A model generated the notes under the pieces. The model saw nothing but the letters and a program-made list of their open reading frames with translations. It was not told the origin of the DNA and made no database searches. DNA of 63,870 nucleotides, the filler included, from Octopus bimaculoides (lineage: Eukaryota), in assembly GCF_001194135.2 (NCBI RefSeq). It is 4 parts of 4 records of this genome, joined end to end, with 100 filler letters (N's around TTAATTAATTAA, not from the genome) between each part and the next. Parts side by side here need not be neighbours in the genome. Positions count along the whole stretch, not along the records: positions 24,040 to 44,647 come from NC_068992.1; positions 44,748 to 59,246 come from NC_069008.1; 2 more parts are not named here. One strand, written 5' to 3'. Below are positions 40,991 to 52,599 of this stretch, in pieces. The translations under genes and the position numbers were made by a program. Position 1 is the first letter of the stretch. The number at the start of each line of letters is the position of its first letter.

Positions 40991-42917
40991 GTCATAACGG
41001 ATTCACATGCCAGACATGGTCGAATATTTTCTTGACGTCGAGGGTGAGAAAGTAGCTTCCAGGAAATTTTTACACAAGAGCCCACTAGTGTGCGTGTGTG
41101 AAGGAGAGTAGATTACCAGTGAACTTTCACCAATTATGGAGAGAAAGAGAAAGAGAGAGAGAGGGAAAGAGAAAATAAAACTAGGGATAAACAAGTGTTA
41201 GAAACTCAGACTGGAAGTAAAGATAATAAAGTAAACTAGTACGAAATTAAATGTAAGGAAATTAGTTCATAGAAGATTGAAAGGAGACAAGTATTATAAG
41301 TGCAGGTGAAAGTGGAAGATAAAGGGGGCGGATCTAGGTGGTGTGTTAGTGACCTTGTTGCAGTAAATTATAGATGCTGCTATAAATTAGTTTTGATTTG
41401 TAAATATTGCAGAAATCGATACTTTAACAAATCTTATTTCTTTAAATGAAATCTGTAAAGTATCTTTGGAAATAACAATGAATAGTAATACAAACTGAGA
41501 AGAAATTTATGTTTAAAATGGCTGCTGAAATATAATGCGAAAACATACATAAACACATACACGCACATACAAGCACGCACATAAATACACATATACAAAT
41601 ACACCTATACAAATACACACATAACAAAAGAATATTTTAAAAGGTGTTATTAGAAAGGTTGTTTTGCATCAGATGCCTGTAAAAAATAAACTTGGTCGAA
41701 AACGTTCCACAAGTGACCATCACTAATTTTTATTAGGGTAGTGTATCTAAGACAACATTATTTAATGAGTTTTTGCTTTTTTAAAATTCATCTGAGAGTT
41801 ATTTGGTTGTGGCTTCTAGACTGAGCGACCTTGCACAGGACAGTGCCTTATTAGCGGTAAATGTAAAATCTCGATACTGAATAAAATGATTTCATATGAA
41901 GCATCTAATGGCATTTTTATGACATTGATAAATGAATTAATTGTGCTAAATTCCAACTGAAAATTGAAACCGGTTGGGCCTGCGGGAAATAAATTGTTTT
42001 TATCTAGGTTTTGCAAGACTGTAAGCTGTATGTTTCGGACCCTTAGCTAAAATGTTGATTTTGTGATAAAGACTTATCTTCAATAGGATATTTAAGAGGC
42101 ATTCGCAGTGTTTGCAGTTTTATAACCATCGCACATTTACAGTGAAACCGTCAAAAGTTCACAAGACATAAGAAAATATGTGATGGCAAAAACAAGGAAA
42201 TGAGAAGGTTGTGAATTTAAATAGCTACTAAATCAGCCAGTGGCTGGATTATTTTCGTTATCTTCTTCAGAATATGATCTCTGTATTCAAATCTCTTAGC
42301 TTTACTTTCTTCTTTCTTCGTTAAAAGAACGTATAAGTCCAGTACAGGGGCTGATTTAATCTACTGTGCCAACTTGCTCAATGAGCAACATTATAGAAAT
42401 TACAGCCAAGCAATACAACCGAGTTAAAATGGTGGTGCCTTCTTGTAAAATGCAAAATTTTGTGCTTCTGCTAGGTATCGATATTATAATCACGTGCGTA
42501 TATATACATAGGCACATATGCCTGTGTGTATGCGTGTGTCAGTGTATGAGTGTGTGCACGTGCGTGTACGTATATGAGAGTGTATGTTTGAATTATTATG
42601 TACTTACGTGCGGGTATGTGTATACTTAAGTATGCATGTATACATATGTGTATGTTTGCGTGTGTGGATCTATGCACAACTCTTTGTATATGTAAGTGTG
42701 TGGGTGTATGTATCAGTATATGTAAGTATGTATGTATACGTATGTGAATATGTATGCATCTATGTTTATATATGTATATGCTAACTAGACTGAAAATGAA
42801 GATGAACTGTAATTAGTAGGCTACCAGCCAAACATAAATTTTTAAAATATAGGAATATTCCACTGGGATCTCAGAAATCGGACAGCCACCAACACATCTC
42901 TGTATCCATTTTCATAG

Positions 42918-43238
42918 ACAAAATGGACACTTAGATACTCGCATCCTTAACTTCTATGGTGAGAAAAGTTATCTTCCCGTCACTAGATATTTAAGAAAAT
43001 TCTTAGATCTTGTTTAACACATTACTTAAGGTTATTGATACCATAACATTGTCTGGAGTCCGTTATGAATTTTAAAGTTTACTTACGCAATAAATGATAT
43101 ATAAAGTTTTCGTCATATAACGGATATTATTCAAATTCTCCTATTTAGTCTTTTCGGCGTGTGGTGTCATTGACCCAGTTCTTTCCGTGCTTATCTTGTT
43201 AGTCATAATGCACCGTGCCTATGGAAATCTCGATTCAG
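42918..43238 (+). CDS. Candidate phase-compatible exon pair of an unknown membrane protein (42918-42958 + 43149-43238)
   Basis: Each has a single open frame and AG/GT boundaries; spliced QNGHLDTRILNFYVFSACGVIDPVLSVLILLVIMHRAYGNLDS. No family recognised. Confidence 0.3.
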
Positions 43239-43559
43239 GTATCCAATTCCAATTCCTGACCAGTAGCGGCATTTTCAGTTAACAAGGCTTTAGAGCTAAA
43301 ATAGCAAATACGTGACTTCTTATTTTCTGATGCTGCTGCTCTTGTTGCAACACCTATTAGACTATGAGAGGAGTTTGCTAAATAGTTCTCTACGCCAGAA
43401 GATCATGGTTGAGCAACAAGGACAAACTCAAAGGCAACCCGAATGTTACTTCAGAAGCATTTGAAAAACAAAACTTCATTGAATCGCAATCAACGGAGAT
43501 AAAATGGACAAAATCTATATAATAAACCGTCTGGATGCTCATAAGTACTAAAAAAAATG

Positions 43560-44645
43560 AAAGCAAAATCTCGATCTAACATGCCACTAAATAACAATCG
43601 TTTCTTGTGTCTGGCTTGTTTTTTAAAATATGAATGTTCCATAAGAGACATAGACGTAAACCTAAGCAAAAATAGGTTGATGGACATTATTTTAGACGCT
43701 GCTCTTGTTGCAACACCTATTAAACTATGAGAAGAGTTTGCTAAATATTTCTTCATTCTGAATAAAGCTTTCGGGCACACAGTCCACATTAGAATTGCCG
43801 ATGTCGTCTACCAGCCAAGGCTCATACCATGCAAATCAAGAGTATAAAACAACAACCAGTACATTAGTTCCTTACCACTGCCTTCACCACCGATGACAAA
43901 CCCTGAAAAATGTAAAAACCATATATTTATGGTGGCGTTGGTAATGTTATTGCCGGATGTGGAGGGTCTGCTGTCGATGTTACCACTGTAGCCTGAAGTA
44001 CTACAATATTTGTTATTGTTGTTATTATTGCTATCTTCCCTGGTGGTGTTGGTGCCGTTCCCTTGGACAGGGCTACCATTATTCACGTCTATGCCGGTGC
44101 CTCTGCTAGGGGTGCTGCTACTGCTGCTGTTGTTGGTGCTGCGACCGATACTGTTTGGTCTGTTACTGCTGCCATGAGAACTGTCATTAGGTATGCTGTC
44201 TTGTCTGCTATTTGTAAGGCTGGTGTTGGAGGCGATATCACTGTGGTCGATGTTAGTGATGGTTGTAGTGCCGTCGGAGATGTAGTCGGCACTGTTGGTG
44301 TTGCTGTTAGTGACGTCGGTAAGGCTGTTCGCTGTGGTGGTGGAGTGGGGTGATGTTAGCTCCGTTGCTGGCTCTGCCTTCGTGTTTACGGCTGCTATGG
44401 CTGCTATGGTTCCTGCCGGTGGAATTGGCCGGGATCGCCCGCACCTCGGCTTGATAGGCAACGCCTTTGGTTTCGCAGCGGCATTCTACCGGGCAACTGT
44501 TGTGGATCCTGTATGAACAATCCGCCTCTTCCCATTGCTTACGGGCGCCAACTAAGATTCTCTTAAAGCTAGGAGCACAGCTAAACGAGACCCTATGGGA
44601 GTAAGTAAAGTGTTTGTCTGTTAATTTAAGGAAAAGTCTACTTAC
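43560..44645 (-). mobile_element. Penelope-like GIY-YIG remnant interrupted by a low-complexity expansion
   Basis: SFSCAPSFKRIL..CSYRIHNSCPVECRCETKGVAYQAEV upstream and RLCLLWNIHILKNKPDTRN downstream flank a ~450-bp degenerate (GTT/GCT/GGT) tract. Confidence 0.6.
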
Positions 44646-44647
44646 GG

Positions 44648-44747
44648 NNNNNNNNNNNNNNNNNNNNNNNNNNNNNNNNNNNNNNNNNNNNTTAATTAAT
44701 TAANNNNNNNNNNNNNNNNNNNNNNNNNNNNNNNNNNNNNNNNNNNN
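44648..44747. other. Synthetic scaffold spacer 44N-TTAATTAATTAA-44N
   Basis: Same construct as at 23940-24039. Confidence 0.95.
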
Positions 44748-46365
44748 TAGCCTTGGGCCGACCAAAGCCTTGTAAGTGGATTTGGTGGACAGAAACTGAA
44801 AGAAGTCCATCATATATATAAATATATCTATATCTATATATATAGTTTAACTGAGTTAGAGATTAAAATAACTGTCTAAGGGATCGATGTATCCTTTACA
44901 CTACCGGTATATTACCTATGTTTAACCATGTGTTCATTAAACCAGTGCATGTGTTATTGGCGTAATAACCCTCCCAAGGCACAACAAACTTTCTTTCAAC
45001 AAATGAATTCACATCAAGAATCTTGCAAACCAAATACAAAAACAAATTGAGTGTCTGCTGTACAATCTTGCTTTTTGTCTTTCATTTGTTTCAGCCATTG
45101 AACAGTGGCCAAGCTGGAGTCTCACCTTGATGAGTTTAGTTGATCATACCGATCTCAGCTTTCACTGTTTTACTAACCGTGGTAGATGTAGTAGTAGTAG
45201 TAGTAGTAGCAGCAGTAGCAGCAGTAGTAACAGTAGTAGTAACAATAGTAGTAGTAACAATAGTAGTAGTAACAGTAGTAGTAGTAGTAGTAGTAGTAGT
45301 TGTTGTTGTACTTGTTATTGATGTTGTTGTTGTTATTTTCAGGATACGGAGTCGCTGATTCCATGGCCATCTTCATCCGCCTGAAACAAAACTAACCAAT
45401 CACAATTTATATCTAATGCACCTACCGTTGTTGTTGAGCACCGTCCACTCCAAGATGACCACCACCACTGAGCACGTGTCAGCTATTGTCACTGAATAAA
45501 GTTTCCACATTAACCTTTTGACCCCAAATTCTTCTCTTCTGATTCTCTTTCTCTCTTCTCTGGAGATGGGTTGAATTGCTGTTTATAGACATCATCATCA
45601 TCAATTAACACACTCCTTCTATGCTGGTGTAACAAGGCACAAAAGGCGGCAACATGACGTAATGGTCGTTTGCCCGAACAAGCATAATTCTTGGTAATCC
45701 CATTGGTTAAAATTACTGCCCATAGACGAATTCTAAACTTTCTTCAAAGAATCCTTTCACGAAATACGGTTCTTAAAATTCGGATATGAGCAGTTATAAA
45801 AACCCTGATTTTTGGGAAAATACTCAGTGACTGTTGGATGCACCTAACTCCACGACACTCACTCCTTGAGATATTGGCTATTTTTTATGCCATGTCTCTG
45901 ACTTAAATCCAAGACTTATTTGAATTATTGTAAACTCTAGAAGTTACTTTGAAGGATTATCTAGTGTGAATTTTAAGTCATAATTCTCTACAACATAATG
46001 ACTTTACTTTCCAATTATACTATAAATGCTAAATGTACGTAAATAAACTAATGTAGTAATTATTGTCTCTTTCTTCACGTTCTTCAACTTGTTAATGAAC
46101 TTTATTTCTGCAATTATGAAACTGTGTATTTTTTTTATCGCAGTTAAAAGAACATGAATTTATTTATCAACATACATGCACGCATAAAATGTCCGTTAGC
46201 GTTTCGGAGTACATATTTCTCGCTGTGACGTTTATGTAGCTGGAGTCACATGAAATAAGGATAAAAATCACTTTAGGTAGTCAACATGGAGTAAAAATTT
46301 ATAAGCAATTTATGTATTAAATTAATAATTACATATATATATATATAATTATTAATTTTATATGT

Positions 46366-46740
46366 TGTTGGCACTCCGTCGCTTACGACGTCGAGGGTTC
46401 CAGTTGATCCGATCAAAGGAACAGCCTGCTCGTGAAATTAACGTGCAAGTGGCTGAGCACTCCACAGACACGTGTACCCTTAACGTAGTTCTCGGGGGAT
46501 ATTCAGCGTGACACAGTGTGTGACAAGGCTGACCCCTTTGAATTACAGGCACAACAGAAACAGGAAGTAAGAGTGAGAGAAAGTTGTGGTGAAAGAGTAC
46601 AGCAGGGTTCGCCACCATCCCCTACCGGAGTCTCGCGGACCTTTTAGGTGTTTTCGCTAGATAAACACTCACAACGCCCAGTCTGGGAATCGAAACCGCG
46701 AGTCTGCTGCCCTAACCACTGGGCCATTGTGTCTCCACAT
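46366..46740 (-). mobile_element. tRNA-headed SINE, near full length
   Basis: Minus head tggagacacaatggcccagtggttagggcagc..gtttcgattcccag; same body as 61915-62250. Confidence 0.85.
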
Positions 46741-47547
46741 TAATTTTATCTATGTATATATATACATGTGCATATTTGTGTTAGGTGGGTATATGTGCAT
46801 GCAAATAAATGTATATGAATGTTTATCAATTATTGACAAGAAATGCTCGTTAAACATCACCAATAATCGACTGATTCAAGTAGAAACAAATTCTGTAACG
46901 CATGATTGATTAACTAAATCAACGTATATTAGTTTATAAATACATCTCGTTATGTTCTGGTTCATGGTTGAGACACAGGGCGATCAATATAAATCCGCAG
47001 ACACAAACTGTGCCCGTATATCAATGAGGCGAATGGTTTAGTGGTTAGGACTTTCAACTAATGACCTTAAAGTCATGAGTTCGATTCCTGGTATTGTGCT
47101 GCGTTCTTGAGCAAGACTTTATTTCAAATTTCTCCAGTCTACTCGGCTGGCAAAAATGAAATTGTACATGTAATTCAAAGGGGCCACCATTCTTGCATTT
47201 TGTTGTCACGCTGAATCTCCCTGGGAACTCCCTCAATAATGAGGGAGTTTTCTTTTCATGGCACCAATCCTGATTACTTTTTGATCAAGGAAATCAAAGA
47301 GAATACATCAAGGCAACTGCTCAGCTATCCCAAAAAAGGAGTTCCAGGAAAGCTTCCATCAATGGAAAAGACAATGGAGAAAAGGCATGGCTTCAGACGG
47401 GGGGCAACTTCCAATGAGATTAAATGCCAAACTGATTATAGTTTCTTGTAGTTTTCTTTTTATACCGCCAGTCCTCGTTCGTTTTGATCCAACCTTGTAG
47501 AATTGCACCAAAAAAAAAAAAAAAAAAAAAAAAAACAACGCAAATTC

Positions 47548-47570
47548 TTTAATAAAAGAGATATTTTATT
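47548..47570 (-). terminator. Candidate polyadenylation signals of ATP5F1D (AATAAA then ATTAAA, followed by a U-rich tract)
   Basis: Minus-strand AATAAA near 47565-47570 and ATTAAA near 47548-47553, about 160-180 nt after the stop, with a T-run downstream. Confidence 0.5.
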
Positions 47571-47728
47571 TTTTTTTAGTTGAAGATGACAAACTACAGA
47601 GTTATCTCCCCCTGCTCCGTTTCATCCAATCACTCTCCTCTCTCTCCACAAACTAAAACGACAACAGAACCGGCAGCAGCGGAAATCAAAGACAAATGGT
47701 TTTTCAGTGCTACCAACAACACGTCTAT

Positions 47729-47851
47729 TTATTCCAGTGCTTTCTGTAGGGCTTCATAACATTCTAGAGCGATCTGTGCTTCGGCCTTAGCTGCGTCTGT
47801 GCTGGCGGCACTCAAGTCTTGCTGTGCCTTAGCGAGCCCGTCACGGATTGC
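47729..47851 (-). CDS. ATP5F1D: ATP synthase delta, last coding exon (AIRDGLAKAQQDLSAASTDAAKAEAQIALECYEALQKALE*)
   Basis: C-terminal helical hairpin (AEAQI..E..EAL.KAL); atgtttcag acceptor, TAA stop; spliced total 165 aa. Confidence 0.96.
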   Translation of the reverse strand, partial: AIRDGLAKAQQDLSAASTDAAKAEAQIALECYEALQKALE

Positions 47852-48220
47852 CTGAAACATATAAAAACCATTCCATAAGAATCACAGCTAAAGACCTTTT
47901 CTTTTTTAGTTTTATGCGTAGAGCCAAAGTTCTTTGGTTCTTCCAGGGGAATTCAAAATGAATGCTACAAAAACGAAAACATACATGTAAGGGTTGCAGA
48001 AATACAGATGTAACATGGAAGGTTAACTCTTCATGTTTCTACTGACAATCGTAGATACTCCTTGTGACAGTCATAGATGCCCCATGGCAGACGTCTACAT
48101 GATAAGCCTAGTTCTTGTCACACCAATGCCAGCATAACCTGATCGAGTGAGCTGACCACGTTGCATATCCACTGTCTTAACTCATGTAAGTCCTGTGGAA
48201 GTGGGGATGTTTATACATAC

Positions 48221-48274
<54 letters not shown>

Positions 48275-48614
48275 TATGGTAGATGAGTTCAGTTAAAATT
48301 TAGATTCAGATGAATATAGTACTTAAGTTGAGGCACCAGAATTTAGTACGGTATTATCCATACAATTTCAAAGTAATGTGATTAAAATCAAAATAAGCAA
48401 CAAGGATATCCAGAGGTAATGCAGTACGATCGTTTCAAGCAACTCCATTTAATTGAACGATGCAATCATTATATCAATTTAAAATGCAGAGCAATCCTCA
48501 GCTGCACAAAGACATAGAATTTAATTAAATTAGAACAGACAGACACATTAGTATAATTTTACCTAAAATCTCCAAGAAGTTAAGGAGATAGACAGAGAAC
48601 ATGGCCCGACTGGC

Positions 48615-48805
48615 CTACGTGGCACGTAAAAGCACCCACTACACTCGCAGAGTGGTTGGTGTTAGGAAGGGCATCCAGCTGTAGAAACTCTGCCAGATCA
48701 GATTGGAGCCTGGTGTAGCCATCTGGTTCAACAGTCCTCAGTCAAATCGTCCAACCCATGCCAGCATGGAAAGCGGACGTTAAGCAATGATGTTGATGAT
48801 GATAG
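48615..48805 (+). mobile_element. SINE/LINE 3' tail with (GAT)n end, in ATP5F1D intron 3
   Basis: aggaagggcatccagctgtagaaac..ccaacccatgccagcatggaaagcggacgtt..gatgatgat, an RTE-like tail; related middle repeats at 54550-54710. Confidence 0.65.
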
Positions 48806-48894
48806 TAAGGGCTCTCTTCTGGAGTGACTGTATGGGCAGTATTTGATACGCAGGGCCAATAAGGAAGGGGTCACTGTAGCAGCAAAATACTCAC

Positions 48895-48983
48895 AGAAGC
48901 ATCAAGAGACTCTACCGGGTGAGCTTCTTCAGCGAGGATCTGCACGGAGGAATCATCGTTGATTGTGATGGAACCACTGCTGA
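48895..48983 (-). CDS. ATP5F1D: ATP synthase delta, exon 3 (VSSGSITINDDSSVQILAEEAHPVESLDAS)
   Basis: Conserved VSSG.I..N.DSSVQ.LAEEA; ttcttccag acceptor, GTGAGT donor; phase 1 to 0 fits neighbouring exons. Confidence 0.97.
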
Positions 48984-49320
48984 CTGGAAGAAAACAAGAC
49001 AACAACATTTGGTATTAGTCAGAGGTGGTGGTCATCATGGTGGAGATGATGGTGGTGGTGGTGGTGGTGGTAGTGCTGGTTGTGGTTGTAACAGTGGTGG
49101 TGGTGATGGTGATGGTAGTGTCAACGGACACTAAATGACGGCGGTGGTGGTGGTGGTGATGGTGGTGAGATGATGGTGTTGGTGGTGGTGGTTATGGTAG
49201 TGGTGATAGTGGTGGGGGGTACAGCTGGTGGTTATGGTGATGGTGATGACAATGATGAAAATGGCAGAGGCGGCGATGAGACGCACAACACAGAAAATGT
49301 CTGCTACAAGATTTACCAAC

Positions 49321-49471
49321 CGAAAAACTTCTTGGCACCATCGTCTTCGAAGACTGTGACAACGCCTGGTTTCAGAACTCCTAATGTTGGTACGTGGTCG
49401 GGCAAGATACCAAACGAACCGCTCATGGAGGGGACATCAACTTGGTTCACCTTGGCTTTGTTGTAGAATAC
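49321..49471 (-). CDS. ATP5F1D: ATP synthase delta, exon 2 (VFYNKAKVNQVDVPSMSGSFGILPDHVPTLGVLKPGVVTVFEDDGAKKFF)
   Basis: Matches the QVDVP..G.FGIL..HVPT..VL.PG.V.V beta-sandwich of F1 delta/epsilon; tctcttcag acceptor, GTTGGT donor, phase 0 to 1. Confidence 0.97.
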
Positions 49472-49681
49472 CTGAAGAGAGAAAATTCGAGACACTTGAG
49501 CAATGTGGAGACACCTGAGCAATGTGGAGACCAGTGAGGGTGAGGGTGGAGGAGGAGAGGAGTTAGACAGTCATGTAGTTCTGTAACACAAAGCCATGTA
49601 GCTGTAGGACCATGTAGCAGTGCCACTGCGCAGCTGCACATGAAGCAGTGTTGCCATTTAACAGTGCGACCATGTAGCAAT

Positions 49682-50210
49682 ATATCAGGTCATCCCATAA
49701 GTTCTGTCCGATTTTACCGTTTTTTTAAATTGAATGAAATTTAATAGTATTTTAGAATGTCTAATGGAATTAAAAATTATTTTTATGCATTTGTGTACAC
49801 TTAAAGTAATTAGATATTATTTTACAGAATAAGAGAATTAACATTTCCTTAAAACCTTTGGAAAACAACTTGGAAAGGTTCTTAAACTTAGAAAATGGAT
49901 GCCTCATGAATTGTCCAAAAGCAACAGTTGATATCTGTTCTTCTCTCCATTCTTGCGAACTCATTTCACCATTTTTGGATAGACTTGTGACTGGTGATGA
50001 AAAATGGATCTTCTATCGAAATGTTAAACGTCGTAAACAGTGGCTTAGTAAAAGGGAAAAAGCTCAACCACAACCGAGAAGGGACCTTCATGGAAAAGGG
50101 TTCTTCTCTCTATCTGGTGGGATTGCAAAGGATTAATTCACTTTTAATTGTTACCACCTAATGAAACAATCAATGCTGAATTAGAGCATTTGAACCAAGC
50201 TTTGAAGAAA
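49682..50210 (+). mobile_element. Truncated mariner transposon in ATP5F1D intron 1
   Basis: KWMPHEL and PFLDRLVTGDEKWIFYRNVKRRKQW..DLHGK..LLPPNETINAE; TIR-like tatcaggtcatcccataagtt at the left end. Confidence 0.85.
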
Positions 50211-50294
50211 AAAATACATAAGTGTGGCTGTGTAGTAAGAAGATTTCTTCCAAACCACATGGTTCTGGGTTCAGTCCCACTGCATGGCACCTTG

Positions 50295-50602
50295 AGCAGG
50301 TGTTTCTCAAATCAAGGTGTACGTAGCCATAGGGAGATACATGAGATAGCGAAGAGGTATTTGGGGTAATGAGAAAGAAGCCCCTATTGTTATTTAAGAC
50401 AGGTGTAATTTTAAGGATATTTAGCTGCTATATCTAGCAAGTGTCCTTGTAGAGTAGGGGGGTTCTCAAACCGAGGTACGTGCACCCATAGGGATATGCA
50501 TAACATACTGCAGGGGTATATGAGGGAATAAAGAAGCCCCTATCATTAAAGACAGTAGGTTGCGATTTGAAACATATTTAGCTGCAGGGGTTCTCAAACT
50601 GA
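50295..50602. mobile_element. hAT-like non-autonomous fragments (two partial copies)
   Basis: CAGGGGTTCTCAAAC-type terminus at 50585-50600 and about 50456-50471; duplicated aaagaagcccctat segment. Confidence 0.45.
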
Positions 50603-50677
50603 GATTGAACCTGGAACCATGTGGTTGGGAAACAATCTTCTTACCACACATATACTTACATACACACAAAATACATA

Positions 50678-51040
50678 GGCGTGGCTGTGTGGTAAGATTT
50701 CTTCCAAACCACATGGTTCCAGGTTCATTCCCACTGCGTGGCACCTTGGGCATGTGTCTTCTACTATAGTCTCAGGCCAACCAAAGCCTTGTGAGTGGAT
50801 TTGGTGGTAGAAGGAAACTGAAAGAAGCCCGTCGTATAGATGTGTGTCAGTGTCTGTTCCACCAACATCGCTTGACAACCGATGCTGGTGTGTTTACATC
50901 CCCGTAACTTAGCGGTTCGGTAGAAAAGACCGATAGAATAAGTACTAGGCTTACAAAGAATAAGTCCTGGGGTCGATTTGCTCGACTAAAAGGCGGTGCT
51001 CCAGCATGGCCGCAGCCAAATGACTGAAACCAATAAAAGA
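50678..51040 (+). mobile_element. Microsatellite-containing SINE
   Basis: Same family as 22853-23262. Confidence 0.85.
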
Positions 51041-52343
51041 AAAAAATAAAACACAAGCGATTCAATTGAAAGAGAAAAATTAAAGAAATAAAAAATTTTC
51101 GGAAATTGCCGAAGAAATACTTTCAGTTTTCATATACCATCACCGAAAAATCGCCAAAACATGTACTTNNNNNNNNNNNNNNNNNNNNNNNNNNNNNNNN
51201 NNNNNNNNNNNNNNNNNNNNNNNNNNNNNNNNNNNNNNNNNNNNNNNNNNNNNNNNNNNNNNNNNNNNNNNNNNNNNCCAGGCTCAGTCGAGGCCCAACG
51301 GAGCCATTATGATTCAAAGCTGTTCCAAACGTACCGTCCTATCATTTATTCACACATAAGTGTATCTAGGAATACATTATCGAACCTTGCTGTTTGTTTA
51401 TCGCCAAATCTAAAGCAGCCCTTGTTTTGCAGATGTATCGTCAAGCGTTCCAGCCGTGACCACCAAGTTTTTTTTTTTTTTTTTTTTTACACAGACGCTA
51501 TACTAGAAGAGATACCACCTCATGTGACCTTCCTTGTAACAGTAAGGAATACGTGTGATTGCAGTAAAATGTGACTGCTATTTCTAGCAGGCTGAATCGA
51601 ATGACCTCATAAAAAAAGCGTGCCTTTGTATGGCAGACAACACAGCTAGAAACAACAACTAAATATCCTTTAATTCATGTCCGACCGGTTTTAAAAAGAA
51701 CATGTTTCCAATAATTTACACCTGTATGTTCTGAGTGAGTATGTTGTCGGAATGGTCACGGTTGGAATATCTTTGATCACAGGTATGCCTAATAAAGGCA
51801 AACCTTTGACAAAACAAGGAGAAAGGACCCTGGCGGAATTTTTGTCAAAAATATTAGGGGTTTTTTTTTTGGTTATCCCCATAATCGTATAAATTCTCTT
51901 GTGTAGAACACAGAATCGCAAAATTTTCCTGAAAATTCCCCAAAATAAGAAAGTTATGAGGGGTTACACGGGGGTGCCTATAGCAGAATTCAAACCCCGA
52001 CTCCTTCATATGTTATAGAAGAGAAAAATGTCGGAGTGGTCACGGCCGGAACTTGTTTGATTATAGGTCTGCTCAATAACGACTAAACCTTAAAAAAAGG
52101 GGAACGGACCCCATAAAAACTCACAGAAATAGCAGCCAAATGTCTTCGTCTCAATAACCGATTCCTTCGCAATACAGAAGAGAAAAAGGTCGGTGTGGTC
52201 ACGGTTGGAACGTGTCTGATCGTATATCTGCTTGGTAAGCACTGACCTTTGATGAAGCAACGAGGAGAAGAGGACCCAAAGTCATATTTTATGGGGAAGG
52301 GCAAAGGTTAAGGGGACAGATATAGAAGAAAGGGAAGACTTAC

Positions 52344-52478
52344 GTCGCCTGGACTGGCGAAGGTGAAAGCCATGTCTGCATAATGCCTGGTCGGTTGGGA
52401 GGTGACCGTGTAGCGTGCCAGTCGACTGGTGTGGCGGAGCGCGGAGCCGAGGGAGAGTAATTGACGAGCGAGAGCCAT
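52344..52478 (-). CDS. ATP5F1D: ATP synthase F1 delta subunit, exon 1 (MALARQLLSLGSALRHTSRLARYTVTSQPTRHYADMAFTFASPGD)
   Basis: ATG at 52478, 45 codons with an Arg/Ser/Leu-rich mitochondrial presequence ending R-H-Y-A, then the MAFTFASP motif; GTAAGT donor, phase 0. Confidence 0.95.
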
Positions 52479-52599
52479 TTCGTTTTTGCGTCCTCGGATT
52501 GTTGGAGGATGTCCTTGAAACAGGAAGTTGGTTGGTGGTGGTTGTCTGCCGCTGTTTGGAATCTTTTGGTTTTGGAGGTAATGTTATGTGTGGAGGAGG

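Noticed and set aside
43810-43901. Minus-strand micro-exon or MYWLLFYTLDLHGMSLGW as Wnt2 exon 1
   Set aside because: The strong donors have a stop in the required phase; the in-frame donor (GTAGAC) is weak; the segment lies within a Penelope-like remnant.
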